DNA of 64,000 bases from a virus (taxonomy: Duplodnaviria; Caudoviricetes), in IMG/VR virus record IMGVR_UViG_2706796033_000001, positions 1 to 64,000 of that record; one strand, written 5' to 3'. Made by a program: the position numbers and the translations under genes. The notes beneath the pieces were generated by a model. The model was not told the DNA's origin. It ran no database searches and saw only the letters and a list, made by a program, of their open reading frames with translations. This document shows, one piece after another, positions 21,241 to 31,642 of this stretch (positions are counted from its first letter, which is position 1; every line of letters starts with the position of its first letter).

Positions 21241-21405
21241 GCAGGATGGGTGTTTACGTGCCTGATAAGGGCACGCGGGCGGTCCCTGACAATGTTCGGC
21301 AGAAGCCGTCTGTTAAGAAGCCGGTCTTGTCTGCGAGTGCAGAGGTTCGTGCGCAGATTGCCGAGGCCACCCTTAAGCGCGCTAGGGCCGAGAAAGGGGG
21401 GCTAA

Positions 21406-21681
21406 GTGTCGCTTAAGAAGTTCACGCAAGACCCAGATGAAGTTTTGGACTACACGATTGATTGGTCGGAGTGGCTGGCTGAGGGTGACACGATCACCGA
21501 AGTTACGGCTACTCCGGCTTCTGGGATCACGGTTGATTCCACGTCTTTCACGGTTAGTTCTACGACGATTTGGGTTTCTGGTGGCGCTGCTGGGCAGCGG
21601 TACGACATTAGCGTGCATGTGGTTACTAATGGCGGTCGTGAGGGTGACCGGTCGATCACGATTGAGATTAAGGAGAAGTAG
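21406..21681 (+). CDS. tail-associated small protein (fibre adaptor-like)
   Basis: DPDEVLDYTIDWSEWL motif. Confidence 0.6.
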   Translation: MSLKKFTQDPDEVLDYTIDWSEWLAEGDTITEVTATPASGITVDSTSFTVSSTTIWVSGGAAGQRYDISVHVVTNGGREGDRSITIEIKEK

Positions 21682-21765
21682 TGACGAACCCGGTTTTTAC
21701 TCTGGTGGCTTATGCCACTGCGGAGGTCACTCCGGCTAATACACAACTAAATATGGAGGACGGTA

Positions 21766-22152
21766 ATGACGGTCGGGATTCACACGGTCAACCTGGCGAA
21801 TAAGTGGCTTGGCATCCTGCGGGGTACGGCTTTCACTGCGCCTACTGGCATTTATATTCAGCTTCATAAGGGCGATCCTGGCGGGGCTGGCACGGCCAAC
21901 CTTTCAGCGGTAACGACACGGGCGCTTGCGACTTTCGCGGCTCCGGCTTCTGGCGCTATCGCGCTTACGGGCACTAACCCGTCGTGGACGATGACGGCCA
22001 CTGAGACGATTACGCATATCAGCGTGTGGGACGCGTCGACCAGCGGAAACTTTCTGTGGTCGGCGGTGCTGGCTGCGTCTAAGAACGTGCAGTCGGGTGA
22101 CACGTTGACGCTTACTACGTGCGGGCTGTCGCTGGGCGCTTTGGCGGCTTAA
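21766..22152 (+). CDS. minor tail / fibre protein
   Basis: YIQLH.GDPG and ITHISVWDASTSGNFL motifs; GGAGG SD. Confidence 0.7.
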   Translation: MTVGIHTVNLANKWLGILRGTAFTAPTGIYIQLHKGDPGGAGTANLSAVTTRALATFAAPASGAIALTGTNPSWTMTATETITHISVWDASTSGNFLWSAVLAASKNVQSGDTLTLTTCGLSLGALAA

Positions 22153-24441
22153 ATGGCTATCGCGTTCAACGCGGCCACTGTTGGGAGCATCACCGCTTCT
22201 GGGCGGACCGCTTCTGTTACGCATACAGCTAATGGCTCTAATCGGGCCGTAATCGTTATGGTCGTCGGTGGGTGCGGGCCAAGCAATGAACAGCCTTGGG
22301 GTAATGGTGATTCCGAGGGCTTGACCTGCACCTACGGCGGTGCGGCTATGACTCTGTTGGGTCATATCGGCACTAACGCAGGCACTTTCGGTGGCGTGGC
22401 GTTCTTTGGGATGCTTAACCCGCCTACTGGCGTGCAGAATGTCGCGTTCTCTAAGACGAACATCACGTGGTCGCTGCGAGCGGCGGCTATGTCGTATACC
22501 GGGGTGGCGAGCTTCGGGGCGGCTAGTGCCACTTACGGGACCGGCTCAGGGGCCGGGCTAGGAATGTCGGCTACGTCTGCTGCGGGCGAGGTCGTCGCAC
22601 AGGCGTGGGTAACGCTCCTGGGCACAGTCACCGGCTGGGCATCTTTGCCGAGTGGCACGCAGCGGCAGATCGTTAACGCTGTCGATTCTGGCGGCGGCGC
22701 TTACGGAGTTTTCGGTGATGCACCGGGCGCGGCGTTGGTGGCGTTCAGCGGAACGCGCACGACTTCGGGTGACCAGTATGCGGCGGCTGCGGTTCGTCTA
22801 TTGCCTGCGGAGGGTGGCGAGCCGGAGAACCCTGGTGAGCTGACAACGTTTTCAGCGACGGGCGCTTATACGTACGACATTCCGTCGTGGGCCACGCATG
22901 TCGACGTTATTGCGATTGGCGGCGGCGGCGGCGGTGCCGGTGGGGCTAATATCGGCAACGGCGATGGTCAGGGCGGTAGCGCTGGGACGTGGCAGTCGTT
23001 GACGGTTAAGCGCGGTGTTGATATCCCGTCTGGTGTCACGCAGATTACGGGCGTAGTCGGCACTGGCGGTACGGCTGGTGGTTCAGGTAACGGTTCCGGC
23101 GGTGGCGGTAATGCGTCGACTGCCTTAGCTTCTGGGCTTAGCGTTTCGGCTGCCGGGGGTTCGGGCGGCTCGGGTACTAACCCTGCTGGCGGTAGCACAA
23201 CGTACGGCAAGTCGCCGGGCAACCGGGTGTTTAACGGGCAGACCTATGCGGGTGGCGCGCAGGCGGGCACGACGAATAACCCAAGCGGCACTGGTACGGC
23301 TGGTAATCCGCCCGGTGGTGGCGGTGAGGGTGGCGGCGGTGCCTTGTTTGGCACCGGTTCACCTGGTGGCGTTGGTGGAGCTGGCCGGGTGTTCTTCTAC
23401 GCCTATCGCGTCGGTGTCGACTACGACGGTCAGGCTTCGCTCGCTTTGGCGGTGTCTACGGAGGCGTCAGCCACGCTGCGGGCTGTAGCTCAGGCGGTGT
23501 TGGCAGTCGACGTGGATTCGCCGTCTGCCGTTTCGCACGGCCAGGCCATAGAGGCGTCTCTTGACGTCTCTGCCGACCCAGACGACGTGGCCCGGTATGA
23601 CGCACTGGGTGGCACCGATTTGTTCCTTGACGTGGCTTTCACGGCTTCGGGCATGAAAACCCTGAACGGAATTGCGGTGCTGTCGCTTTCGGCGGATACA
23701 TGGGCCGACGTTACGGAGTTCAGCGTGGCTGACGCGCTGTTGTCTGTGGCTGCTGATACGTCGGCGGACGTTTCGCAGTGGCAGCCGCTTAGTGGCTCGC
23801 TGGCGGTCGGGGTTATCCCTACGGGTGAAATGTCGCAGGGCCAGGACGTGGGCGCTGATCTTGAGGCCATCGTGTCGCCTACGGCGGCGATGCTTTACGA
23901 GGGCACGGTGCGGGCGAACTTGGTGGTTAACGCAACGTTCGTCGCGGTTGCGGAGCGGGACGCTCCTGTGGACGCGGACCTGGCTGTGGTGGTGGTCGGT
24001 ACGGCTGACGCTTCGTCGGGGCCGGTCGCTGGCTCGGGCCTGGCTGTGGTTGTGACGACTACGGCGGCGATGCAGCGCACGCAGTACGTGGACGCTGACC
24101 TGTCGCTTAGTGCGCTTACGGGTGGCGAGCTGTCCGCGAGTTTCGGTATTGACGCCATTTTGGAGCTGGTCGCTAACGCGTCGGTTTACTTCGGTTCGGT
24201 ACGCGAAATTGTGGTGGTTCCTTTCCATGATCGGCACGCAGTTGTGCCTGAGAATCCGCGCTTAGTGGAGGTTAGGGGCGAGTTGCGCCTAATCAAGGCT
24301 GATGGCGATTACCGCATTGTGGGTGTGCCTGAGGTTGAGCGCGTGGTTTTGGTTGGCGATTCGGATAGGTCCGTGCTGGTGGCCGCTGTCGATAGGTGGG
24401 TTCAGGTCGCGCCGGTACCTAAGGCGGTGGCGGTGAGTTAA
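22153..24441 (+). CDS. glycine-rich minor tail protein
   Basis: Gly-rich central domain (IGGGGGGAGG...GRV) and Ala/Val-rich C-terminal repeats. Confidence 0.75.
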   Translation: MAIAFNAATVGSITASGRTASVTHTANGSNRAVIVMVVGGCGPSNEQPWGNGDSEGLTCTYGGAAMTLLGHIGTNAGTFGGVAFFGMLNPPTGVQNVAFSKTNITWSLRAAAMSYTGVASFGAASATYGTGSGAGLGMSATSAAGEVVAQAWVTLLGTVTGWASLPSGTQRQIVNAVDSGGGAYGVFGDAPGAALVAFSGTRTTSGDQYAAAAVRLLPAEGGEPENPGELTTFSATGAYTYDIPSWATHVDVIAIGGGGGGAGGANIGNGDGQGGSAGTWQSLTVKRGVDIPSGVTQITGVVGTGGTAGGSGNGSGGGGNASTALASGLSVSAAGGSGGSGTNPAGGSTTYGKSPGNRVFNGQTYAGGAQAGTTNNPSGTGTAGNPPGGGGEGGGGALFGTGSPGGVGGAGRVFFYAYRVGVDYDGQASLALAVSTEASATLRAVAQAVLAVDVDSPSAVSHGQAIEASLDVSADPDDVARYDALGGTDLFLDVAFTASGMKTLNGIAVLSLSADTWADVTEFSVADALLSVAADTSADVSQWQPLSGSLAVGVIPTGEMSQGQDVGADLEAIVSPTAAMLYEGTVRANLVVNATFVAVAERDAPVDADLAVVVVGTADASSGPVAGSGLAVVVTTTAAMQRTQYVDADLSLSALTGGELSASFGIDAILELVANASVYFGSVREIVVVPFHDRHAVVPENPRLVEVRGELRLIKADGDYRIVGVPEVERVVLVGDSDRSVLVAAVDRWVQVAPVPKAVAVS

Positions 24442-24472
24442 GGCCGCTTAATAACTAAATAGAGGGGGTCCA

Positions 24473-24622
24473 ATGATTATGGATCACGCGGGGGAGCCGG
24501 AGGTTCGCTGCGTTGCATGTGGCGACCGCAGTGTGGACCATCCCACTTTCAAGCACAGGGCTTGGAATTGGTTGGCGGCTTCCGAGGCTTTCGTGCGGTT
24601 TCACCTAGGGCGGGTGCTCTAG
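24473..24622 (+). CDS. small hypothetical protein (CxxC)
   Basis: 49-aa ORF with GAGGGGG SD filling the gap; below ORF-track cutoff. Confidence 0.5.
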   Translation: MIMDHAGEPEVRCVACGDRSVDHPTFKHRAWNWLAASEAFVRFHLGRVL

Positions 24623-25564
24623 GTGAAGCACGAGGCTGTTTTGAGCACGATTCCCATGTCGCGGGGATCGGGATTTAAGTACGAATTGCGCGGTAAGCCG
24701 GGCGACTATTGGCCGGAGTCGGGCAGCGCTTACGTGGTGTTTTACGAGTCGACGGGTGCGGTGATCGCAACCCTTGAGGGGATTGTTAAGCCGGAGCTGT
24801 TGCTGTTTGAGGCTGAGCCGGTAGAGATTGCGTTCATTCCGCATGGTGCGGGGTTTGAGCTGTTCGTTACGCCGGATGAGACCGGTGTGCCGGTGATGGT
24901 TCGTTATGGGACGGTCACGCGGCGGGAGGTCCGGTTTCCGGATGCGCCTGCTACTGACGTTTCGGATACGGCGCTGCTGTACGTGGACGATATGCAGCGG
25001 ACGATCCTTGGGCCTAGGTGGCGCAAGGTTGGCGGCAAGGCTGCGATTTACGACGATTGGATTTCGCTGCATCCTAAGCGGGCTATTGGTCCGGACTTCA
25101 TTTTCTTTGACCGGGCGTCTGTGTTGTGGTTCGCGCCGCTGAATCTGGATTCGGTAACCGTTAACGTCAATATCGTTAACGCGGGTGCCGGTAAGTCGAC
25201 GGTTGTTCTCGCGTCGGACTACAACATGACTTCATGGCTGGGAGTCCAGTTTGAGACCGGCATTTCTAACAACAAGTGGCACATCGTGGTCGGGCATTCG
25301 CCGCAGGGCGATGACTATGAGATTAAGGCCAGCGTTGATGCGAACTCGGACAACGGCAATAACGCGCTAATCAAGTTCAACCACGCTGCACGGCAGATTA
25401 CGGCGTTCCGGAATAACGGCACGACGCCGATCCTGACGTGGACCGACGAGACGGAATCGCTGCCGATTGGTGACGGGTTCCGCTATACGGGCTTCTCTTG
25501 GATTTCGTCACTGGCTGCTCGTGGTGCGTGTTTTTACGACTGGTGGGCTAAGGACGGTATCTAA
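24623..25564 (+). CDS. minor tail protein
   Basis: Last structural-type gene before lysin A; beta-rich C-terminus (GDGFRYTGF). Confidence 0.65.
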   Translation: MKHEAVLSTIPMSRGSGFKYELRGKPGDYWPESGSAYVVFYESTGAVIATLEGIVKPELLLFEAEPVEIAFIPHGAGFELFVTPDETGVPVMVRYGTVTRREVRFPDAPATDVSDTALLYVDDMQRTILGPRWRKVGGKAAIYDDWISLHPKRAIGPDFIFFDRASVLWFAPLNLDSVTVNVNIVNAGAGKSTVVLASDYNMTSWLGVQFETGISNNKWHIVVGHSPQGDDYEIKASVDANSDNGNNALIKFNHAARQITAFRNNGTTPILTWTDETESLPIGDGFRYTGFSWISSLAARGACFYDWWAKDGI

Positions 25565-26734
25565 GTGGCGCTACTTGGGCAGTTAACGAGTGCGTCCAGC
25601 TTTGAAGATGTAGCCGAGGCGATTATCAAAGAGGCCGTCCGGCGGGGCTATGACCGCACTGGGCAGGTCGCGGTCACTGCCGACGGCATTCAGGAGTCGT
25701 GGCTTAAGCCTGGCGTTAAGAGCGCTAACGGCAAGTGGGTTGGCATCTATCAGCAGGACACGAGTTACACGGATCGGGATAACCCGAACGCGAATATCAA
25801 GCAGTTCTTTGACCGGTTGGACGTTAAGCGTAAGAGCGCTGGTGCGTCTCCGGACATTTGGCTGAACATTTTTTGGTTACAGCAGAGGCCGGGGGAGAAG
25901 TCCGCAGCTCTGGCTTACGCGAATGGGCGTAAAGAGTACCTGACTGAGATTAAGTCGCAGACGGCTCGCGCTGAAACCTTGGTTAATAAGTATGGGGGTG
26001 AGCCTGTGCCGGATAATCGGCCCGATTTTAACGAGTATGCGATTTGGAGTCCTAACTATTCGTCTCGCGGTTCGGCTAAGCCGACGATGTTTCTGTTGCA
26101 TACGCAGGAGGGGGACGGTAATGCGGACTCGCTGGCGAAGTATTTCACTCCGGCCAGCCAGGTTAGTTACCACTACACGATCAGTAAGGGTGCGACTGAC
26201 GACGGTGTGACGGTCGTTGATTGTGTCGATACTGATTACTCGTCGTGGTCGGTTGGAAATGCTAACGGCATTTCGATCAATCTGTGCTTTGCAGGGTCGC
26301 GGGCGAGCTGGTCGCGTGAGCAGTGGCTTGCGAAGGCTGGCCGCGCTATCGACGTGGCCGCGTACTTGGCGGTGCAGGACGCACAGAAGTACGGCTTCTC
26401 ACCGCTGGTGGTGCCGCCTCCGTACACGAACGGCAGGCCAGGCATTAGCGACCACAGGTGGGTCACTGACGTGTTCGGGTGGGGTTCCCACACGGACGTA
26501 GGCGCGGGCTTCCCTTGGGACGTTCTGGCGGCTTCTGTGGCGAAGTACACCGGCCAGGCGACGACGCCTACGGAGCCGGAGTTCACCTACCCGTCGACCG
26601 ACGTAATGATCCGCGAGATTTGGGAACAGTTGCGCGGGCCGAAGGGTAAGGGTTGGCCGCAGCTCGGGAAGAACGCTAAGGGCGAGAACCTGAGTTTGGT
26701 TGACGCTATTGCGGAGCTTAAGGCGGCTGCCTAA
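25565..26734 (+). CDS. lysA: lysin A (N-acetylmuramoyl-L-alanine amidase domain)
   Basis: LHTQEG...SYHY...SINLCFAG...HTDVG amidase motifs; C-terminal LRGP.GKGWPQLG cell-wall-binding motif. Confidence 0.92.
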   Translation: MALLGQLTSASSFEDVAEAIIKEAVRRGYDRTGQVAVTADGIQESWLKPGVKSANGKWVGIYQQDTSYTDRDNPNANIKQFFDRLDVKRKSAGASPDIWLNIFWLQQRPGEKSAALAYANGRKEYLTEIKSQTARAETLVNKYGGEPVPDNRPDFNEYAIWSPNYSSRGSAKPTMFLLHTQEGDGNADSLAKYFTPASQVSYHYTISKGATDDGVTVVDCVDTDYSSWSVGNANGISINLCFAGSRASWSREQWLAKAGRAIDVAAYLAVQDAQKYGFSPLVVPPPYTNGRPGISDHRWVTDVFGWGSHTDVGAGFPWDVLAASVAKYTGQATTPTEPEFTYPSTDVMIREIWEQLRGPKGKGWPQLGKNAKGENLSLVDAIAELKAAA

Positions 26735-27762
26735 TGGCCGCCGGGCCGGATGGCAAGTGGATCGGTTACGGACTGGGGGACTCTGGCATCCCGGTCCTAA
26801 CCGCCCGCCAAAAGCTCAAGGGAAAGTTCTCTTACGCGAGTCACCTAAGGGAGACGACGCTTTACGACAATGAGCTTTTGCCGGTGCTGATTGAGTACCA
26901 GCTCCGGAAAAATGTTGAGTTCGCTAAGGCCGGTAAGAAGCTTCTGCGGACGGACGGCATTCTCGATTACGCCACGCAAGTAGCGCTCGGCGTTGTTGTG
27001 CCGGTGGCGCTGGTTAAGCCGGTGCTGTTCACGGTCCACGGTACGGGCCAGCCGGTTCCTGATGGGCCGGGTCTGCCTGCCGATACCGCGCGGGCGGTGC
27101 TCGATAAGTGGGACTGGCAGCCGATTGGTAACTACCCGGCTGAGCCGTTCCCCATGTGGCCTTCGATCCTTAAGGGCGTTGCGGAGCTGCGGGACCAGAT
27201 TCGTAAGGCTCTGGCGGCTAACCCTCGCCGCAAGCTGGGGTTCGCTGGCTACTCGCAGGGCGCGGTGGTCGTGTCGCTGGTGATGAAGTACGACTTCATG
27301 GCCGAGGGCGGCGAGTTCCATGCCGAGTATGAAGCGGGGCAGGTTCTCGCGGTTGTTACGTGGGGCAACCCGATGCGTGAGCGCGGTGTTCAGCACGCGG
27401 ACAACTGGAAGGCGATTGCGGATGCCGACACGGAAGGCATTCTTGAGGATCGGCTAGAGGGCACTCCGGCTTTTTGGCGGGAGTATGCACACAAGGGCGA
27501 TATGTACGCGGCTTGTGAGCTGACCGGTGTGCAGCGCGGCGATAACAAGCGCGCGGTGTGCAAGATCATTATGTGGCACGACGTGCTTAAGGGTGAAAAC
27601 AGTATCCTCGCGCAGATTGCGGAGCTTCTGCAAAAGCCGATTCTGTATGTGATTCCACTGTTCCAGTCTGTTGTTGACGCGGGCATGTTTTTCGCGGCGG
27701 GGGTTAACTCTCCTCACGCTTATGCGATTGAACCCGCGATTGATTACCTAAGGAGTGTTTAG
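26734..27762 (+). CDS. lysB: lysin B (cutinase-like esterase)
   Basis: GYSQGA serine-hydrolase motif, WGNPMR, N-terminal PG-binding region. Confidence 0.92.
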   Translation: MAAGPDGKWIGYGLGDSGIPVLTARQKLKGKFSYASHLRETTLYDNELLPVLIEYQLRKNVEFAKAGKKLLRTDGILDYATQVALGVVVPVALVKPVLFTVHGTGQPVPDGPGLPADTARAVLDKWDWQPIGNYPAEPFPMWPSILKGVAELRDQIRKALAANPRRKLGFAGYSQGAVVVSLVMKYDFMAEGGEFHAEYEAGQVLAVVTWGNPMRERGVQHADNWKAIADADTEGILEDRLEGTPAFWREYAHKGDMYAACELTGVQRGDNKRAVCKIIMWHDVLKGENSILAQIAELLQKPILYVIPLFQSVVDAGMFFAAGVNSPHAYAIEPAIDYLRSV

Positions 27763-27764
27763 TT

Positions 27765-28241
27765 TTGTTGATTTATGACGAGCAACTGCCGGTGTTGGAT
27801 GACACGTTTGAGGGCGACGAGGTTGCGTTGCTAGCGGTGCGCGGTGGACGGGTGGATCGGAATTTCCGCCGGAACTACGCGTGGGCTAAGCACGCGGCTG
27901 ATCGTGGGCAGCTAAAGAAGATCGTTGTGAAGGTCGCGGTCAATAAGGATTCGTGGGTTCACACGGTGGGTGCGGTCACGTCGGCCCTATCGGGTCAGCG
28001 GTTGCATCCTCTGGCGGCTTTCAATGTGGACGCGGACGTGCGGGATATCGGCGGCGACAGGCTAACGCAGGTATTGGAGGCGCTTAAGGAGCTGGCACCT
28101 AAGCCAGCGGCCTTTATGGCGACTGGTGCCGACGTTAAGGCTCTTGTACGGGCACAGAACGCGCAGGCGAAGAATGCGCCCAAGCCGGGGCCGAAGAGTG
28201 AAGCGAATAAGAACGTTGAGGACGTGAAGGACGGTGAGTAA
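27765..28241 (+). CDS. hypothetical protein in lysis cassette
   Basis: 158-aa ORF between lysB and holin. Confidence 0.6.
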   Translation: MLIYDEQLPVLDDTFEGDEVALLAVRGGRVDRNFRRNYAWAKHAADRGQLKKIVVKVAVNKDSWVHTVGAVTSALSGQRLHPLAAFNVDADVRDIGGDRLTQVLEALKELAPKPAAFMATGADVKALVRAQNAQAKNAPKPGPKSEANKNVEDVKDGE

Positions 28242-28495
28242 TGAAGATTCTCGGGCACAAGCCGAGCGAGATTCGGAAGTCAATTGCGGGGTTCGCGGCT
28301 GCCCTGTTGGTACTGCTAGTGGCGCTACCTGTGGCCGGTCTGCCGGTCGCTGTTGCGGCTGTAGTGGCGACTGTGACGGCCTTCCTGACGGGTGTGAGCG
28401 TCTATCTCGCTAAGCCTAATGTGGCTGCGGTAATCGACGGGCTGGACATGGTTGATCCGCCGGTCGAATACCCACCATTTATTGAGAAGTCATAG
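28241..28495 (+). CDS. holin
   Basis: 84 aa, two hydrophobic segments, in lysis cassette. Confidence 0.7.
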   Translation: MKILGHKPSEIRKSIAGFAAALLVLLVALPVAGLPVAVAAVVATVTAFLTGVSVYLAKPNVAAVIDGLDMVDPPVEYPPFIEKS

Positions 28496-28497
28496 CC

Positions 28498-28920
28498 ATG
28501 CCGGAGACGGGCGAGTGGATTGGGGTGCTGGTCACTAACTGGCCTGAGCTTGCAGTGATTGCCAGCTTAGTGTTCGGCGTTTATATGATCGTTCGTTTCC
28601 TGGCGGGCACCTTCGAGTCGTTTAGTAGGGCGCTTGGGCCGGTGGGCAGGTTCCTCCGCGCTCAGCGCGCTATTAACAAAGCTGAATCAGACGACATGCG
28701 GAAGCGGATTGCGTACCTGGATGAGCGGGTTACGCGTCTGCTTTACCGCGACCAGTGTTATTTCGCGTACGTGTTGGCTGACACGGAGTGGCATCGCAGG
28801 CATGAGCTTAAGGCGGCGGCACTTGGTTGGGTGTTTGAGCCGCACGTTTCATTCCTTGAGTTCCGCGACACGTGGATGCGCGAGCGTGGACTAGATAAGG
28901 AATTGGAAATTTGGAAGTAA
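28498..28920 (+). CDS. membrane protein (lysis-cassette associated)
   Basis: N-terminal TM helix followed by coiled coil. Confidence 0.6.
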   Translation: MPETGEWIGVLVTNWPELAVIASLVFGVYMIVRFLAGTFESFSRALGPVGRFLRAQRAINKAESDDMRKRIAYLDERVTRLLYRDQCYFAYVLADTEWHRRHELKAAALGWVFEPHVSFLEFRDTWMRERGLDKELEIWK

Positions 28921-29177
28921 CGGTTTACTCACCAGCGACCGCTTGCACAAGCTGCATGGCAACGAAGCTAGCGCTTAAGGGTGCGGCTATTCCGTTTACG
29001 GCTGTCGTGGCCTCTGACGATCAGGTGGAGAAGTTTAAGGCGGATGGGCACTCGGCGTTCCCGGTCGTTGTCGTGGATTGCGGCGACGGCGCTACGTGGA
29101 CGTGGAACGGTTACCGCCATGACGACATTAAGCGACTTAAGGAATTGCGGCAGGAACAGACGCCTTTGGCGGCTTAA
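28911..29177 (+). CDS. NrdH-like glutaredoxin
   Basis: VTVYS...CTSCMATK, PVV and W.GYR motifs. Confidence 0.85.
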   Translation: MEVTVYSPATACTSCMATKLALKGAAIPFTAVVASDDQVEKFKADGHSAFPVVVVDCGDGATWTWNGYRHDDIKRLKELRQEQTPLAA

Positions 29178-29184
29178 ATAGACT

Positions 29185-29240
29185 CGGGCACTCGCGCTCC
29201 CCTCTTTCCCCTGGGGTTGAGCGCGGGTGCCCGTCTTTTT
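29185..29240 (+). terminator. intrinsic terminator ending the late operon
   Basis: CGGGCACTCGCGCTC / GAGCGCGGGTGCCCG stem plus TTTTT between convergent genes. Confidence 0.8.
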
Positions 29241-29246
29241 GTGTTT

Positions 29247-29591
29247 CTAGCAGTATCCGCAGTCGCAGTCGTCGGGTGACCGGCTGGATATGACCATCAC
29301 GGCACCCTCAGGCTCCGACTCGATGTTGTCGAACTTGGCGGGCGGGAACTTGCCGTAAATGCCGTCCTCGAATCCGGCCAGGGTCCGCTGGTGCTGCCAG
29401 TCGGCCCGCTCGATTAGCGCCCGGTCCCGCTTGGCCCGTTCTGCCGCCTGTGCGTCCATATGGCGAGTGATCTTGCGTGCGATGAGGTAAGCCAGCCAGA
29501 CAAGCGTTACGCCCAGCAGAAGCGGCCACACAACCTTGACCACAAGCACTACCACCACGGCGATAGTCAGCCAGACGGCGAACTCACTCAT
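29247..29591 (-). CDS. membrane protein
   Basis: Hydrophobic N-terminus; RADWQH...GIYG.FPP motif. Confidence 0.7.
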   Translation of the reverse strand: MSEFAVWLTIAVVVVLVVKVVWPLLLGVTLVWLAYLIARKITRHMDAQAAERAKRDRALIERADWQHQRTLAGFEDGIYGKFPPAKFDNIESEPEGAVMVISSRSPDDCDCGYC

Positions 29592-29929
29592 GTACCTATG
29601 CTCCCTGTCGCGTATATGGAGGACTCGTACTCGGGGCAGTAGTAGGCGACCGCGCCGCTAAGGATGCCGACCGCCAATGCCTTGTCCCCTAAGAGGCTGG
29701 TGTCGTCGGCCAGGATTTCCCGCCACGATGAGCCGTCCGCCAGTTGAGCGCACCGCGACTGCGCGATGGGCACTGCCATGTTGCAGTTAACGTTGCGCCC
29801 GGTCTGCCCGGCCACGTAGGTGCAGAACTCGTAGTCGTCCTGCGGAGCGGCTGCCGCGTGCGGGGCGGCTAGACCGCTGAGCGCAAGGGCCGCAAGCCCC
29901 ACAAGCGCGCGTGCGTGTCGATTAACCAT
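29588..29929 (-). CDS. secreted DUF732-like protein
   Basis: Signal peptide (APHAAA-A), AVAYYCP C-terminus. Confidence 0.7.
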   Translation of the reverse strand: MVNRHARALVGLAALALSGLAAPHAAAAPQDDYEFCTYVAGQTGRNVNCNMAVPIAQSRCAQLADGSSWREILADDTSLLGDKALAVGILSGAVAYYCPEYESSIYATGSIGT

Positions 29930-30615
29930 TGGTCGATCTTGTCTCGGTTAGGTTCGTCTGGCAAGGAGGTCGTAGCTTCGGCGCGCTGGATCATGTCGCG
30001 CCAGTCCCGAATGTCCTCTAGCACCTGTTCCTGGGGAACCTCGCCGTTGCGGATGCTCAGCAGGTAGTCCCGCCTGAGTTCCATCATGGGCATCTGCATG
30101 TTCTGCGTGACCAGCATTTCGTGGCCCTGCATAAGCAGACGGAGCGCATGGAACGCGGCCTTAGTGTCGTAGCCGTGCGCCTCAATCAGCTCGGGCCGGT
30201 TGGTGCGCGGGGCGCGTTCACCGGTCAGCCGGGCTGCCATTGAGTCTGCGTATCCCATGTGCCGCGCAGCGAGCCGCTTGCTAAGGAACATGTGCCGGTT
30301 ATCTTGCAACCCGATAAAGTCGGGGAAGATCAGGTTAGGCGTAAACAGCAGGGTCATAACCGTAGGGTTTCCCTGGCAAACAAGACTCACATATTTACGC
30401 AGACCGTAAAACTGGGTCTCAGAGTCTCCGGCCTCACTCTTAACACCTTCGGGCTTATCCCGCCTCCGCACGGCCCCCACCTGCGGCTTAAGGCCGATTA
30501 GCGCCTCCGGCGGGTCGGCATAGACGCCGATGTAGTCATGGTCGGAGTCCTCACGGTTTAGGCCGTGGGCAAACGATCCAATCTCGCCAATGATCAATGG
30601 CCGAATCTCAGCCAT
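29869..30615 (-). CDS. Pol-beta superfamily nucleotidyltransferase (RlaP-like)
   Basis: GSFAHGL...SDHDY.G catalytic motif, GNP, YDTKAAFHALRL. Confidence 0.85.
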   Translation of the reverse strand: MAEIRPLIIGEIGSFAHGLNREDSDHDYIGVYADPPEALIGLKPQVGAVRRRDKPEGVKSEAGDSETQFYGLRKYVSLVCQGNPTVMTLLFTPNLIFPDFIGLQDNRHMFLSKRLAARHMGYADSMAARLTGERAPRTNRPELIEAHGYDTKAAFHALRLLMQGHEMLVTQNMQMPMMELRRDYLLSIRNGEVPQEQVLEDIRDWRDMIQRAEATTSLPDEPNRDKIDQWLIDTHARLWGLRPLRSAV

Positions 30616-30698
30616 GCTTCCCCCTAAACAAAGCTAGCCCCGGCGGGCGCTCCCCCTCCCAAGAGAGCGGCCAGCCGGGGCCAGCGGTCTTGTTGCCG

Positions 30699-31163
30699 TT
30701 AAGACGACTCCCCGGCTGCCGAAAACTGCGGGTCGTCTTTCTTCTGTGCCGGTGCAGCTTTCTTAGCTGGTGCGGCCTTTTTGGCTGGTGCAGCCGCTTT
30801 GATTTCGTCACCGGTAGGCGACCCTGCGGCTTTCCATTCCCGAACGATCTGCGCGGAGACGCGGCCACGGTCGGACACTTCGTGCCCGTTGAGCTGCGCC
30901 CACTTGCGAACGTCTGCGAGCGGCAGGCCCGGCTCTCCACCAGAGAACGTGTTTTTGCTGCTAGAGCGCTTGCGACCGGTTTCCTTGCCGACGCGCGAGG
31001 CCACTTCCAGCCACTTCTCCATGTCCTTGTCGAACTGCTTAGCGTTCTTCTCGGACAAGTCCAAGTGGTAGTTGACTCCTCCGACGCCGAAGTCACGCTC
31101 TACCTCAGCTTCAAGCTCCGGCTCGTAGTCATCGAACAGCGTGACGGTTACCCGTTTACCCAT
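30699..31163 (-). CDS. lsr2: Lsr2-like nucleoid-associated protein
   Basis: Y.LDLSEKNA and VRKWAQLNG.EVSDRGRV AT-hook motif; PAKKA tail. Confidence 0.93.
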   Translation of the reverse strand: MGKRVTVTLFDDYEPELEAEVERDFGVGGVNYHLDLSEKNAKQFDKDMEKWLEVASRVGKETGRKRSSSKNTFSGGEPGLPLADVRKWAQLNGHEVSDRGRVSAQIVREWKAAGSPTGDEIKAAAPAKKAAPAKKAAPAQKKDDPQFSAAGESS

Positions 31164-31642
31164 TTCGGTATCCTCCCGGTTTCGTTGTTTCGGGTATGTG
31201 GTGCGTACACAGTAAGCATGTTATCCGGCCTTAGTCAAACGTTTCTTTTGATTCTCTAGGTAGATAGCCGCTCTGCGCAGTAACACCGGGTCGTCCTTAC
31301 CACAGAAGCCGTAGCTGGTCGCGGGCCGGTCGCAGTCGAAGTGTCCACATTCCTCCACGCGCGTGTCTCCTACCGGACTTTAGTGAGCTACTAGATTCTT
31401 TTATTTTTTAATAACCACATCTTCAAGGTGACGTTTCGGAGGTTGTTTCTTTTTCGTTGCGTTTGTCGGGAACGGTACTAACCCCCCTCCCCCTATGGAT
31501 GATTCATGCCCGCACCGCCAGATCGGAAGTAATAGAAGCGCCCCTCAGGAAAGTCTTAGGATTCTCTTACCGCTCAAGTGTTGCGCGAGAGTGTCCGCAG
31601 GTGTAAGTGCCGCAGCGCTCCGACCAGCGCCGATCCGGCTCT

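Noticed and set aside
22920-23400. GGC-rich tandem repeats
   Set aside because: Explained by the glycine-rich minor tail protein
30597-31259. 220-aa + strand ORF and 162-aa alternative-frame ORF over lsr2
   Set aside because: Overlap the clearly recognisable Lsr2 gene
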